From an uncultured Actinomycetota bacterium (GTDB lineage: Bacteria; Actinomycetota; Actinomycetes; JACCUZ01): a DNA stretch of 64,000 nt. Numbering within the stretch: the first letter of the stretch is position 1; every line of letters begins with the position of its first letter. The notes below the pieces were generated by a model. The model saw only the letters and a list, made by a program, of their open reading frames with translations, was not told the origin of the DNA and made no database searches. The stretch is from the NCBI GenBank assembly GCA_963807005.1, contig CAWDZK010000006.1, positions 172,612 through 236,611 of the forward strand, read 5' to 3'. Position numbers and translations under genes: made by a program. Positions 48,606-59,069 of this stretch are shown here, piece after piece.

Positions 48606-48866
48606 ATGGCGATCCTGGTCGACACGCCCATCTGGCCCTTCCGCGGCCGGCTCTGGTGCCACCTGGTGAGCGACACGTCGTATGACGAGCTGCACGTGCT
48701 GGCGGGGCAGCTGGGCATCCCCCGGCGCGGCTTTCAGGGGGACCACTACGACCTGCCCGCCGAGATGCGCGACGCGGCCATCGCCCTGGGGGCGGTGCCC
48801 GTCTCCGGCCGCGAGCTCATCACCCGGCTGCGCGAGTCCGGTCTGCGCCGCCCGCACCGGCACTAG
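48606..48866 (+). CDS. DUF4031-domain protein.
   Basis: The 86-aa protein MAILVDTPIWPFRGRLWCHLVSDTSYDELHVLAGQLGIPRRGFQGDHYDLP matches the conserved DUF4031 pattern, with RBS GAGGATCGGGGG. Confidence 0.55.
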   Translation: MAILVDTPIWPFRGRLWCHLVSDTSYDELHVLAGQLGIPRRGFQGDHYDLPAEMRDAAIALGAVPVSGRELITRLRESGLRRPHRH

Positions 48867-48906
48867 TCAACGGCACCCGATGGCCGGGCCGCCATCCAGA
48901 GGCCGG

Positions 48907-49401
48907 TCACCGACCGCCGGCGTCGAACGGCGGCGGGCCGAGGATCTCGATGCCGCCGGCCCGCTCTGCGGCCGCGCGCACCCGGTCGAAGTCGACCCGC
49001 CGCTCGGTCGTGTCGGTCAGCGGCTCACTGGCCTCGAAGTAGAACTCCTCGCAGGTGCCCGGCGTGTGCAGCGTCAGGATCGTGGCCGTGGGCGAGACCA
49101 CCATGAAGGCGTGCGGGACGCCGCGGGGGGCGAGGACGAGCGCGCCGGCATCGGCCCGGTACTCGACCCCGTCGAGGTGCACGAGGATCTCGCCGGCGAC
49201 GACGTACAGCGACTCGTCCGCCGGGTGTGTGTGCAGCGGGGTGCGCTTGCCGCCGTCCATCACGTCGGTGAACAGCAGGTAGGCGCCGCCGGTGTCCTCG
49301 GCCCGGGCCAGCCAGGTGTGCTCCCCGCCGCCGTGGAACCAGCGCCGCTCGGCTTCGTCGGCGCGGTGGACGAACGGGCTGAGCGTGGGCGCGACTGGCA
49401 T
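48907..49401 (-). CDS. Cupin-domain protein.
   Basis: The HTHPADESLYVVAGEILVHLDG cupin motif is present. Confidence 0.6.
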   Translation of the reverse strand: MPVAPTLSPFVHRADEAERRWFHGGGEHTWLARAEDTGGAYLLFTDVMDGGKRTPLHTHPADESLYVVAGEILVHLDGVEYRADAGALVLAPRGVPHAFMVVSPTATILTLHTPGTCEEFYFEASEPLTDTTERRVDFDRVRAAAERAGGIEILGPPPFDAGGR

Positions 49402-49459
49402 GACGACTCCGGAAGGCTTCGTGGTACTGATGTACCACGAAGGACACTGGCGTACCGTG

Positions 49460-50110
49460 ATGGGCGTGTCAAGCCCCTACGTCGAGTCCGGCCGGTCGGC
49501 CCAGAAGCGACGGACCAGGGACGCCCTGGTCGAGGCCGCTCGGGAGCTCGTCGCGGAGGGCCTGGACGCCACGGTGGAGCGGGCGGCGGAGCGGGCAGCG
49601 GTGTCCCGGACCACCGCCTACCGGTACTTCCCGAACCAGCGTGCGCTGCTGCTGTCGGCCCACCCCGAGACCGGCGCCGCAAGCCTGCTGGGCACCGATC
49701 CGCCGGAGGCCGTGTCCGAGCGCCTGGACGCCGTCATCGACCGCTTCACCGCCCTGGTCGTGGACACCGAGGCCGCCCAACGAGCCATGCTGCGCCTCTC
49801 GCTCGACCCCCGGCCGGCCGACCAGGCGCCGCTGCCGCTCCGGCAGGGCCGGGCGATCGGGTGGATCGCCGAGGCGCTGCACCCGCTGGTCGACGAGCTG
49901 GGCGAGCGCGAGGTCGACCGGCTGGTGCTGGCGATCCGCAGTGCCACCGGCATCGAGGCCCTGGTCTGGCTGACCGACGTCGGCGGGCTCTCCGCGAGCG
50001 AGGCCGCCGAGGTGATGCGGTGGTCGGCCCGCTCCCTGCTGCACGCGGCCCGGGCGCAGTCGCCGCCCCCGGTCAGCCCCCGGCGCCGAGGTCGTGCAGC
50101 TCGGCGGTGA
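49460..50110 (+). CDS. TetR/AcrR-family transcriptional regulator.
   Basis: An N-terminal HTH (TRDALVEAARELVAEGLDATVERAAERAAVSRTTAYRYFPNQ) is present. Confidence 0.65.
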   Translation: MGVSSPYVESGRSAQKRRTRDALVEAARELVAEGLDATVERAAERAAVSRTTAYRYFPNQRALLLSAHPETGAASLLGTDPPEAVSERLDAVIDRFTALVVDTEAAQRAMLRLSLDPRPADQAPLPLRQGRAIGWIAEALHPLVDELGEREVDRLVLAIRSATGIEALVWLTDVGGLSASEAAEVMRWSARSLLHAARAQSPPPVSPRRRGRAARR

Positions 50111-50714
50111 CGTTCACCCGGGCTGGCTCCTCCCACTGCCGGCGGCCGAGCTCGGTGCGGAACAGCGTCGGCCGGTCGAGCAGGCGGCGCAGCACCCCGG
50201 CCCGGCCGGCGGCAAACGTCGCGTCGTCGACGTGGGCGTACTCGCGGCGGACGCCCTCGACGTACGACGAGTAGCGCAGCTCGCCGGCGGCGAGGACGGC
50301 AAGGTCGGCGTCGCACAGCACCGCGCCGTCGGCGTCGTCGGGCTCGACGTCGTGCGTGGCCGTGAGCCGCACCAACCGGGCGACCTCCTCGACCCGGTCC
50401 GGGTCGAGGTCGAGCGCACTGAGCGCCGTGGTCGCCAGGTCGGCGCTGCGCTGTTCGTTGTCGGGGGCGGCCGGGTCGTAGACCGCGTCGTGGAACCACG
50501 CCGCCAGCCGGACGGTGTCCGCGTCCGCCGCCTCGGCCGCGAGGCCGCCGACGCGCGCCAGCACCTCGTCGAGGTGGGCCAGGTCGTGGTACGCGCGGTG
50601 CGGCTCGGCCCACCGGCCGAGCAGTGCGGCCCCCGCGCCGGCGACGTCGCCACGCGCGCCGACCCTGCGGCACAGCTCGATCCAGTCCACGGCGAGGTGT
50701 CGCATCGGGGACAC
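50073..50714 (-). CDS. HD-domain-like metal-dependent phosphohydrolase.
   Basis: H..HDLAH...(D)AAWFHDAVYD is an HD-motif arrangement. The start overlaps the HelD stop region (50714/50716). Confidence 0.5.
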   Translation of the reverse strand: MSPMRHLAVDWIELCRRVGARGDVAGAGAALLGRWAEPHRAYHDLAHLDEVLARVGGLAAEAADADTVRLAAWFHDAVYDPAAPDNEQRSADLATTALSALDLDPDRVEEVARLVRLTATHDVEPDDADGAVLCDADLAVLAAGELRYSSYVEGVRREYAHVDDATFAAGRAGVLRRLLDRPTLFRTELGRRQWEEPARVNVTAELHDLGAGG

Positions 50715-50715
50715 C

Positions 50716-52785
50716 TCAGGCCGCCAGCTCGTCGGGCAACGGCCGGGAGTGCACGACGGTCAGGCCCGACACCGCGCGGGTGAGCACCACGTAGAGCCGG
50801 CGCAGGCCCTGCCAGGTCGACGGCTCCCCCTCGACGATCGCGGCCGGCTCCACCACCAGCACGTGGTCGTACTCCAGGCCCTTTGCCAGCGACGCCGGGA
50901 CCAGGACCACCCGGGCGTCGGTGTCGTGCCGGCCGAGGACGTCGTGCGGGACGCCGAGGACCTCCGACAACGCGCCGACGCCTGCGTCGGCGACCACGAC
51001 CCCGACCGACCCCGGATCGGCCAGCACCCGGTCCAGCTCGGTGGCCACGGCCGCGGCCACGTCCTGTGCACCGACGACGTCGAGGCGCCCGTCGTTCTCG
51101 CGCACGGACTCCGGTGCGTCCACGCCGGGCGCGATGTGCGGCAGCAGCCGGGCGGCGAACTCGATCACGGCCGCGGGAACGCGGTAGCCGCGGGAGAGCA
51201 CCTCGACGTGGGCGTCCGGCTTGCCGAGGTGCTCGAGGGTCCGGTCCCAGCCCGAGGTGGCCCAGGGCGTGGTGCCCTGCGCGATGTCACCGAGCACGGT
51301 GGCGGCGGCGGTCGAGCACCGTCGCCCGACGGCGCGCAGCTGCATCGGCGAGAGGTCCTGGGCCTCGTCCAGCACGACGTGGCCGAGGCTCGGCACGCGC
51401 TCGACGAGGTCGGCGGCCTCGTCGACCAGGACGGCGTCGGCCAGCGACCACCGTGCGCTCTTCGGGCCACGAGCCGGCCTCGGCCAGAGCAGCGTGGCCT
51501 GCTCCTCGGCGGTCAGCACGCCGTCTGCCGCGGCGGCCAGCGCCTCGGCGTCCGAGAGCAGGCGCAGCACGACGCGCACCGGGTCGACCGCCGGCCACAG
51601 CCGGGCCACCGCGGAGCGAACGGGGGCGCTGCGGGCCACGGTGTCCTGGACCCGGTCGTCGGGGGACTCGCCGGCCGCCTCCATCTTGGTGAGCACCGCG
51701 TGCGCCAGCCGCTGGGCGAGCATCGCGCGCGCGGCGCCGTACCGGACGTCGCGGGAACGCAGCTCGGCCACGATCTCGGCCAGCTCGTACGTCGGCACCC
51801 GCCAGCGGCGCGAGCCGGTCGTGACGACCACCGGCTCGGTCGGCTCGGCCAGGCCGGCGTGCACGGCGTTGTCGATGACCCTGGCCATCCGCGGGTCGCC
51901 CTTGAGGGTCGCGACGGCCGGGGGGTCCTCGACCCGTACGTCCACCCGCTCCCCGACCAGCTGGTCGAGGGTGAGCTGGCGCACCTCGACCTCGCCGAGG
52001 GCCGGCAGCACCGCAGAGATGTAGCGGAGGAACGTGGTGTTCGGGCCGACGACGAGGACGCCGCCGCGCCGCAGCCGGTCGCGGTGGGTGTACAGCAGGT
52101 AGGCCGCGCGGTGCAGCCCGACGGCGGTCTTGCCGGTGCCCGGGGCGCCCTGCACGCAGATCGTCTCGCTCACGTCGGCCCGCACGATGACGTCCTGCTC
52201 CGGCTGGATCGTGGCGACGATGTCGCGCATCGGACCCACCCGGGGCCGCTCGATCTCGGCGGCGAGGATCCGGCTCCTGCCGGTGCGCTCGCCGGAGTCG
52301 AGCAGGTGCTCGTCCTCGTACGCCGTGATCCGCCCGCGGTCGTAGCCGAACCGGCGCCGGAGGGCGACGTGCATCGGCTCGGTGCGGGTGGCCCGGTAGA
52401 ACGGCGTCGACACCTCCGCGCGCCAGTCCACGACGACCGGGTCGCCCTGGTCGTCGTGCACGTGCCGGCGGCCGATGTAGAAACGCTCGTCCCCGTGCTC
52501 GGCGGTCGGGTCGAGGTCGAGCCGGCCGAAGAACAGCGGCGTCTCGGGGTCGTCGGTCAGTGCCTGCACCCGCCGGTACAGCGAGGAGGCCAGGTAGGCC
52601 TCCGACACGGCGTCGCCGCCGCGGGCGTCGAGCGCCAGCGTGGTGGCGCGCATCGCCGCGAGGTCGGCGCGGGCCGCGGCCAGGTGGGCCTGCTCCGCGG
52701 CGAGCGCGGGGTCGGTGGTCGGTTCGTTGCTCGGGCGGATGGGGTCGGTCGTCGGCTCCGGTTCGGTGGGCAGTCCGGCGGACAT
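50716..52785 (-). CDS. helD: HelD-like (helicase IV/UvrD-like) RNA-polymerase-associated SF1 helicase.
   Basis: The N-terminal HelD-specific region ([22 protein letters not shown]), Walker [11 protein letters not shown] and UvrD-like C-terminal motifs ([13 protein letters not shown]) are present. Confidence 0.7.
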   Translation of the reverse strand: MSAGLPTEPEPTTDPIRPSNEPTTDPALAAEQAHLAAARADLAAMRATTLALDARGGDAVSEAYLASSLYRRVQALTDDPETPLFFGRLDLDPTAEHGDERFYIGRRHVHDDQGDPVVVDWRAEVSTPFYRATRTEPMHVALRRRFGYDRGRITAYEDEHLLDSGERTGRSRILAAEIERPRVGPMRDIVATIQPEQDVIVRADVSETICVQGAPGTGKTAVGLHRAAYLLYTHRDRLRRGGVLVVGPNTTFLRYISAVLPALGEVEVRQLTLDQLVGERVDVRVEDPPAVATLKGDPRMARVIDNAVHAGLAEPTEPVVVTTGSRRWRVPTYELAEIVAELRSRDVRYGAARAMLAQRLAHAVLTKMEAAGESPDDRVQDTVARSAPVRSAVARLWPAVDPVRVVLRLLSDAEALAAAADGVLTAEEQATLLWPRPARGPKSARWSLADAVLVDEAADLVERVPSLGHVVLDEAQDLSPMQLRAVGRRCSTAAATVLGDIAQGTTPWATSGWDRTLEHLGKPDAHVEVLSRGYRVPAAVIEFAARLLPHIAPGVDAPESVRENDGRLDVVGAQDVAAAVATELDRVLADPGSVGVVVADAGVGALSEVLGVPHDVLGRHDTDARVVLVPASLAKGLEYDHVLVVEPAAIVEGEPSTWQGLRRLYVVLTRAVSGLTVVHSRPLPDELAA

Positions 52786-53047
52786 GCGGCGGCACGCCTC
52801 TCGTCTCGTCGGCAGCACGCGGCTGCCGAGGTCGTCGCTCGGCTCGTCGTGGGAAGGGGGGCGCAGCAGCGTACTGCTCCGACCGGGTCGGCGGGTAGCC
52901 GGTTCTGCACCGCCGCGGACGACGCGACGTCGTCACCCCGAGCGCCAGGGGGCCGGCGAGGAAATTGCTCGATGTCGCCTCTTGTCAGGGCTGGCGAGCG
53001 AGGCGCAAGGTGCAGGGGCCCCCGCCCCCATCCACCCAGGAGGACGC

Positions 53048-54832
53048 ATGCGCGTGATCCGCTCAGCCCTCGTCGCGGTGGCCGTCGGAGCGATGACCCT
53101 CGCTCCCGGCCTGGCCGCCGCCGCACCCAGCCCCGTCGACTCCGAGGTGACGGTCGGCAGCGACGACCGCTACTTCTCGCACAACAAGCAGAACGAGCCC
53201 GGTGTCGCCGTCAACCCGGTCAACCCGATGCAGGTGGCGGCCGGTGCCAACGACAACATCGACATGGAGCAGTGCAACGCGGGCGACCCGAAGACCTGCC
53301 CGTTCACCGCGGGGGTCGGGGTGTCCGGGATCCAGCTGTCGACCAACGGCGGCGCGTCCTGGACCCAGCCGACCTACCAGGGCTGGTCGGCCCGCACGCC
53401 GAGCTGCCGGCCGGCGCCGGGCACCAGTCCCGGCTGCCAGCCCGCCGTGGGCCCGATCGGGACCCTGCCCAGGTACTACGAGAACGGCCTGGTCTCCAAC
53501 GGCGACCCGGAGCTGGTGTTCGGCCCGGTCCCCGACGGCCACGGCGGCTTCACCTGGAGCGGCCAGCGGCTCTACTACGCCAACATCGCGACGAAGTTCC
53601 CAGGGCAGGAACCGTTCAAGGGTGACGCCGCGATCGCGGTGTCGCGCAGCGACGACTTCGCGGCGACCTGGAAGGACCCGGTCATCGTCACCAAGCAGAA
53701 CAGCGCGCTGTTCAGCGACAAGGAGCAGATCTGGGCCGACAACGTGTCGCGAAGCCCGTACTTCGGCAACGTCTACGTGTGCAACGTGGGGTTCCGCGGC
53801 AACTCCGGTGCGGAGCCGGTGCTGTTCGCCCGCTCCACCGACGGCGGCGACACCTGGTCGACCCGGCAGCTGACGCCGGCGACCAACAACAGCCAGACCG
53901 GTGGTCGCCAGGGCTGCGCGGTCCGCACGGACAGCAAGGGCGTGGTCTACGTCGTGTGGAGCGGCTACGACAAGCAGCGCGCCACGGGCGTCTTCTACCA
54001 GGCAAGGTCCTTCAACGGCGGTGCCAACTTCGAGCGGCCCCGGGCGATCGTGGACACGGCGGGCATCGGGCAGTTCGACCCCGTGCAGGGCCGCTTCACC
54101 ATCGACGGCGTCGCGGGCGCACGCACCGACGTGTTCCCGAGCATCGACATCGCCAACGGCGCGCCCACCGGCTCGGACGCCACCGATGTGGTCGTGGTCG
54201 GCTGGTCGGACGACCGGGCCGGGCAGGACAACGAGAAGGCCTACCTGATCCGGTCGACCAACGGTGGCCAGAGCTACACCGCGCCCAGGGTGGTCTCCAC
54301 CGCGGGCGACCGCGCCAACCAGCCGGCGGTCGCGATCTCGCCTAACGGCACCGACGTGTACGTCGTCTACAACGCGTACGGGGTGCCGTGGCAGGGCACG
54401 ACCGGTTCTCCCCGCCCGATGCGTGGCGTCGTGACGCATGTCGCGTCCGGCGGTACCGGCGCGGTGACCGAGCTGCACCGCGGAGCGGTGGGCGACGCCC
54501 GGGGGTCCAGCGCCAACGGGCTGACGGCAGAGTTCCTCGGCGACTACAACTACGCCTTCGCCACCCGTGCCGCCGGCGTCGCCGTCTGGAACGACGTCCG
54601 CGACGCCGCCGACTGCCCGCTGGTCGACGCCTACCGGCAGGCCATCGCCAACGCGGTCGCGAGCGGTGCGATCGGGCCGGTGGAGGTCGAGGAGCAGGAG
54701 GACCGCGACGCGGCGGTCGAGGCGGCCGCGACCCTTCCGGGGGAACGGCCGTCACCCAACATCGACTGCCCGCAGGGCGGAACGGTCGCCTTCGGCAACA
54801 CCAGCATCTACGGAGGGACCTACACGCCGTAA
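53048..54832 (+). CDS. Secreted BNR/Asp-box repeat protein (exo-alpha-sialidase or glycoside-hydrolase-like beta-propeller).
   Basis: A signal peptide ([27 protein letters not shown]) and at least 4 Asp-box motifs ([37 protein letters not shown]) are present. Confidence 0.7.
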   Translation: MRVIRSALVAVAVGAMTLAPGLAAAAPSPVDSEVTVGSDDRYFSHNKQNEPGVAVNPVNPMQVAAGANDNIDMEQCNAGDPKTCPFTAGVGVSGIQLSTNGGASWTQPTYQGWSARTPSCRPAPGTSPGCQPAVGPIGTLPRYYENGLVSNGDPELVFGPVPDGHGGFTWSGQRLYYANIATKFPGQEPFKGDAAIAVSRSDDFAATWKDPVIVTKQNSALFSDKEQIWADNVSRSPYFGNVYVCNVGFRGNSGAEPVLFARSTDGGDTWSTRQLTPATNNSQTGGRQGCAVRTDSKGVVYVVWSGYDKQRATGVFYQARSFNGGANFERPRAIVDTAGIGQFDPVQGRFTIDGVAGARTDVFPSIDIANGAPTGSDATDVVVVGWSDDRAGQDNEKAYLIRSTNGGQSYTAPRVVSTAGDRANQPAVAISPNGTDVYVVYNAYGVPWQGTTGSPRPMRGVVTHVASGGTGAVTELHRGAVGDARGSSANGLTAEFLGDYNYAFATRAAGVAVWNDVRDAADCPLVDAYRQAIANAVASGAIGPVEVEEQEDRDAAVEAAATLPGERPSPNIDCPQGGTVAFGNTSIYGGTYTP

Positions 54833-54909
54833 CCGGCTCGACGAGCGCCCGGACGGAAATTCCGTCCGGGCGCTTGCCGTGTCGTGCGGCGCCAGGTACC
54901 TTGTGACGC

Positions 54910-55293
54910 ATGGAACCGGCGGTCGCGAACGTCGCCACCCAGCTCCGGCGGGGGGTCCTGGAGCACTGCGTCCTCGCGGTGCTGGCCCGGTCGCCGGAGT
55001 ACGCGTTCGAGCTGGTCCGCCGGCTGTCCGAGGTCGACGGGCTGGTCACCAGCGAGGGCACGATCTACCCGTTGCTCTCCCGGCTGCGTCGTGACGGCCT
55101 GGTCGTCACGACGTGGCAGCCCTCGGATGCGGGTCCCCCGCGCAAGTACTACGACCTGACCGACGCCGGTCGGCGCGCACTGGACGCGTTCGCGGCGGAA
55201 TGGGCCACGTTCACCGACGGCGTCGACGACCTGCTCCGGCAGGCTGCCGCCGACCGCAGGAGAGGAGCACGAGGTGACCGACGTGACAGCTGA
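54910..55293 (+). CDS. PadR-family transcriptional regulator.
   Basis: A winged HTH (LEHCVLAVLARSPEYAFELVRRLSE...EGTIYPLLSRLRRDGLV) is present. Confidence 0.8.
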   Translation: MEPAVANVATQLRRGVLEHCVLAVLARSPEYAFELVRRLSEVDGLVTSEGTIYPLLSRLRRDGLVVTTWQPSDAGPPRKYYDLTDAGRRALDAFAAEWATFTDGVDDLLRQAAADRRRGARGDRRDS

Positions 55294-55954
55294 CCGGAAC
55301 GCCGATCCCGTCGACCAGCCGCTGGTCCGGGACTACCTGACCCGGCTGGAGGACGCCTGCCGTGCGCTGCCGCCGGACCGTCGGGCGGAGGTGCTGGCCG
55401 ACGTCCGCGAGCACGTCCGCCAGGCGGTGGTTGCCGAGCAGGAGGCCGGGAGCAGCCCCGAGGTGGCCGTGCGCACCGCGCTCGACCGCCTCGGTCCGCC
55501 GGAGGAGATCGCCCGCGCCGACGCCGACGACGCCGTGCCGCCCAGGTCCGATCGCGCGCCTGGGGCGATGCAGCGCTACGGCGACCCGGTCGCCGTCGTC
55601 CTGCTGCTCTTCGGCGGCTTCCTGCTCGGCGTCGGCTGGCTGGTCGGGGTCGTGCTCCTCTGGGCCTCGGACAGCTGGCGGACGCGGGAGAAGGTTCTCG
55701 GCACGCTGGTCTGGCCGTTCGGGTACGCCGGCGTGCTGATCCTCGGGGGCGCAGCCGCCCTGACCGGCGGTGAGGTCTGCACCACCGTCGAGACGTCGGG
55801 CGGTGTCGGCTCGACCACCTGCACCGGTGGGCCGCCGTACCCGGCCTGGGTCGGGATCATCCTGGTGCTGGTGGTCCTGGCTGCACCCGCCGTGATGGCC
55901 ACGCTGCTCTGGCGCCGGCGGTCCGCGGTCCTGGCCGAGCGCGGCCTGGGCTGA
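55274..55954 (+). CDS. PadR-associated membrane protein (DUF1700/HAAS-like sensor partner).
   Basis: It overlaps the PadR gene. An N-terminal soluble helical domain (YLTRLEDACRALPPDRRAEVLADVREHV) is followed by multiple TMs. Confidence 0.55.
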   Translation: MTDVTADRNADPVDQPLVRDYLTRLEDACRALPPDRRAEVLADVREHVRQAVVAEQEAGSSPEVAVRTALDRLGPPEEIARADADDAVPPRSDRAPGAMQRYGDPVAVVLLLFGGFLLGVGWLVGVVLLWASDSWRTREKVLGTLVWPFGYAGVLILGGAAALTGGEVCTTVETSGGVGSTTCTGGPPYPAWVGIILVLVVLAAPAVMATLLWRRRSAVLAERGLG

Positions 55955-56192
55955 GCCGGCGACTGGCGTACCCGGGTCACCGGTCCTCGTCCGGCGACCG
56001 TGGCCGCCCGCGGGACGGCTGTCAGTTGATGTCGTCGAACCGCTGCCCGAACTCCACGAACGGAAGATTCCGGACGTCGTCGTGGACACGTCGCGGCAGG
56101 TGGGCCTTGGACCGCTACCGGATCGTGGCGGTCACCGGGTCAGCGTGAAGCAGACAGGTGCGGGACGCGGGCCGAAGGTCCATGCTCTCCCC

Positions 56193-59069
56193 ATGAGCTG
56201 TCCCGGGTGCGGGGCGGTCTGCGGCGGGGCCGCCAGGTTCTGCGAGCAGTGCGGGCTCCCGTTGCCGTCGACCTGCCCTGGCTGCGGCAGGCCTCGAGTC
56301 GCTGCCGCGCGGTTCTGCGCCGACTGCGGCACACCCCTCTCACCGGCGACGCAGGTGCTCGCGCCCGGCTCGGACCAGCACCTGGCCGTGGACTGGCCGG
56401 TCAGTGCTCACGTGGCCGAGCGGCGCCTGGTGTCGGTGCTGTTCGCCGACCTGGTCGGCTTCACCCAGCTGTCCGAGTCGCGCGACCCCGAGGACGTGCG
56501 CGAGCTCCTCAGCCGCTACTTCGACGTCTGCCGCGCGGTCGTGGTCCGCCACGGCGGAGTCGTGGAGAAGTTCATCGGCGATGCGGTGATGGCCGTCTGG
56601 GGTGCGCCGGTCGCCAACGAGGACGACGCGGAGCGGGCGGTGCGCGCGGCGCTGGAGCTCGTTGCCGCGGTCGGCGCGATGGGGGAGGACCTCGGTGCTC
56701 CTGACCTGCGCCTGCGTGCCGGGGTCCTCACCGGTGAAGCGGCGGTCAACCTCGGCGCCAACGGCCAGGGCCTGGTGGCGGGCGACCTCGTGAACACGGC
56801 GAGCCGGGTCCAGGCGGTGGCGGCACCGGGCGCGGTGCTCGTCGGGGAGGCGACGCGCCGTGCCACCGACGCCGCCGTGCGCTACGAGCCGGCCGGGACC
56901 CACGTGCTCAAGGGAAAGGCCGAGCCGCTGCCGCTGTACCGCGCCCTGCAGGTGGTGGCCACCCGCAGCGGTGCGCAGCGGGTCGAAGGCCTGGAGGCGC
57001 CGTTCGTCGGCCGGGACCGCGAGCTGCGCATGCTCAAAGACCTCTTCCACGCCAGCGCCGACCGCAGCACCTCGCAGCTGGCGACTGTCACTGGCATCGC
57101 CGGCATCGGGAAGTCCCGGCTGTCCTGGGAGTTCGAGAAGTATCTCGACGGTCTCGCCGGCGACGTGCTGTGGCACCGCGGTCGCTGCCTGTCCTACGGG
57201 GACGGTGTCACCTACTGGGCGCTGGCCGACATGATGCGGATGCGGATCGGTGTGGTCGAAGGTGAGCCGTCCGACGCCGTCTCGGCCAAGCTCTCGAATG
57301 CTGTCGCCCGGTACGTCTCGGACGCCGCCGAGCGCCGGTGGGTCGAGCCGCGGCTGGGTCAGCTACTGGGAGTGGACGACCGGGTCACCTCCGCACAGGA
57401 CGACCTGTTCGCCGCCTGGCGGCTGTTCGTGGAGCGGATGTCCGATGTCGCACCTGTGATCCTGGTCTTCGAGGACCTGCACTGGGCCGACTCCTCGATG
57501 CTCGACTTCGTCGACTACCTGCTCGAGTGGTCGCGCGGCCACTCGATCTTCGTCCTGGGTCTCACCCGCCCCGAGCTGGTGGAGCGGCGGCCCACCTGGG
57601 GGGCGGGCCGCAGGAACTTCAGCTCGCTCTCCTTGGACCCGCTGGCCCCGGCCGCCATGGAACAGCTGTTGGCCGGTCTGGTGCCTGGTCTTCCCGACCC
57701 GGTGGCCCAGACGATCCTCTCCAGGGCCGAGGGAATCCCGTTGTACGCCGTCGAGACGGTGCGCATGCTGATCGACCAGGGGCTGCTCGAGCAGGCGGAC
57801 GGCGGCTACCGGCCGACCGGACCGATCGTCGACCTCAAGGTGCCCGAGACGCTGCACGGCCTGATTGCCGCAAGGCTGGACGGACTCACACCCACCGAAC
57901 GTGACTTGGTCGAGGACGCCGCCGTGCTGGGCAAGTCCTTCACGCCGATGGCGCTGGCGGCGGTCACGGGTCTGTCGCTCGACCAGCTGCAGCCGTTGCT
58001 CCTGGCCCTGGTGCGCCGTGAGGTGCTGACCTTGACCAGTGACCCGCGGTCGCCCGAGCGTGGGCAGTACGAGTTCGTCCAGGACCTGTTGCGCCGGGTG
58101 GCCTACGAGACCTTGTCCCGGCACGACCGGCGGGCGAAGCACCTGGCCGTGGCCGGCCAGCTCGAGGCCGAGCAGGACGCCGACTACGACGTCGTGGAGC
58201 TGATCGCGGCGCACCTGGTCGCTGCCATGCAGGCGGTCCCCGATGCCCCGGACGCGGCGGAGACCCGTCGTCGGGCCCGAGAGATGTTGCTGCGAGCGGC
58301 CGACCGAGCCGCGTCGTTGGCGGCGCCCGCCGAGTCACTGCGCTATCTCGCCCAGGCCCTCGAGCTGACCGATGACGTGCTCGGACGGGCCAGGTTGGGG
58401 GAGCGAGCCGGGCAGGCCGCCGCAACGGCGGGGCGGATGGACGACGCCCACGCCCACATGACCCGAGCCATTGCCGGCTTCGAGTCGCAGGGCGAGGTCC
58501 ATGCCGCGGCCCGGGTCTCCGCGCGGCTGGCCGAGGTCGACTTCTACACCGACCGGTTGTCCGCGGCCGTGGCCCGGATGGACGGCGCACTGCGCGTGCT
58601 CGCGTCCGACCCGGTGGATGCCGACATCGCTGCTGCCCGGGCGCAGATGGGACGCCTGCTGTTCTGGGTCGGGCGCTCCGAGGACGCGGCGGCGCACCTC
58701 GAGGTCGCCCTGACCGCCGCCGAGCGGCTCGGTCTGAAGGAGACCTTGGCGCAGGCCCTCAACACCAAGAGCATCGTCCTGCTCGCGCGGCGGCGCCCGA
58801 CCGAGTCGGACGCCCTGCTGGAGAAGGCGCTGAGCGTGGCACTGGCTGACGACCTGCACGAGGCTGCCCTGCGGGCCTACTTCAACCTGGCCGAGCGCAA
58901 GGGGGACACCGGCCAGATCGACGACGCGATCGAGATGTACCGGGTCGGCCTGGCCCTGGCGCGGCGGGTCGGCGACACGTTCTACGACCGGCGATGCGGG
59001 CGGGCACCATCACGCCCCTTCTCGTCGTGGGTAGATGGGACGAGGCACTGGCTGTGGCCGAGGCCGTGA
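56193..59069 (+). CDS. Multidomain signalling protein with a double zinc ribbon, a class III adenylate/guanylate cyclase, an AAA/STAND NTPase and TPR repeats. Its 3' end appears frameshifted twice, and the reading frame continues to about 59286.
   Basis: The CPGCG..C..C x2 ribbons are followed by the cyclase core (LVSVLFADLVGFT...FIGDAVMAVWGAP), Walker A GIAGIGKSRL and C-terminal TPR-like helices. The C-terminal continuation is found in the other two frames (58994..59242 and 59035..59286). Confidence 0.65.
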   Translation: MSCPGCGAVCGGAARFCEQCGLPLPSTCPGCGRPRVAAARFCADCGTPLSPATQVLAPGSDQHLAVDWPVSAHVAERRLVSVLFADLVGFTQLSESRDPEDVRELLSRYFDVCRAVVVRHGGVVEKFIGDAVMAVWGAPVANEDDAERAVRAALELVAAVGAMGEDLGAPDLRLRAGVLTGEAAVNLGANGQGLVAGDLVNTASRVQAVAAPGAVLVGEATRRATDAAVRYEPAGTHVLKGKAEPLPLYRALQVVATRSGAQRVEGLEAPFVGRDRELRMLKDLFHASADRSTSQLATVTGIAGIGKSRLSWEFEKYLDGLAGDVLWHRGRCLSYGDGVTYWALADMMRMRIGVVEGEPSDAVSAKLSNAVARYVSDAAERRWVEPRLGQLLGVDDRVTSAQDDLFAAWRLFVERMSDVAPVILVFEDLHWADSSMLDFVDYLLEWSRGHSIFVLGLTRPELVERRPTWGAGRRNFSSLSLDPLAPAAMEQLLAGLVPGLPDPVAQTILSRAEGIPLYAVETVRMLIDQGLLEQADGGYRPTGPIVDLKVPETLHGLIAARLDGLTPTERDLVEDAAVLGKSFTPMALAAVTGLSLDQLQPLLLALVRREVLTLTSDPRSPERGQYEFVQDLLRRVAYETLSRHDRRAKHLAVAGQLEAEQDADYDVVELIAAHLVAAMQAVPDAPDAAETRRRAREMLLRAADRAASLAAPAESLRYLAQALELTDDVLGRARLGERAGQAAATAGRMDDAHAHMTRAIAGFESQGEVHAAARVSARLAEVDFYTDRLSAAVARMDGALRVLASDPVDADIAAARAQMGRLLFWVGRSEDAAAHLEVALTAAERLGLKETLAQALNTKSIVLLARRRPTESDALLEKALSVALADDLHEAALRAYFNLAERKGDTGQIDDAIEMYRVGLALARRVGDTFYDRRCGRAPSRPFSSWVDGTRHWLWPRP

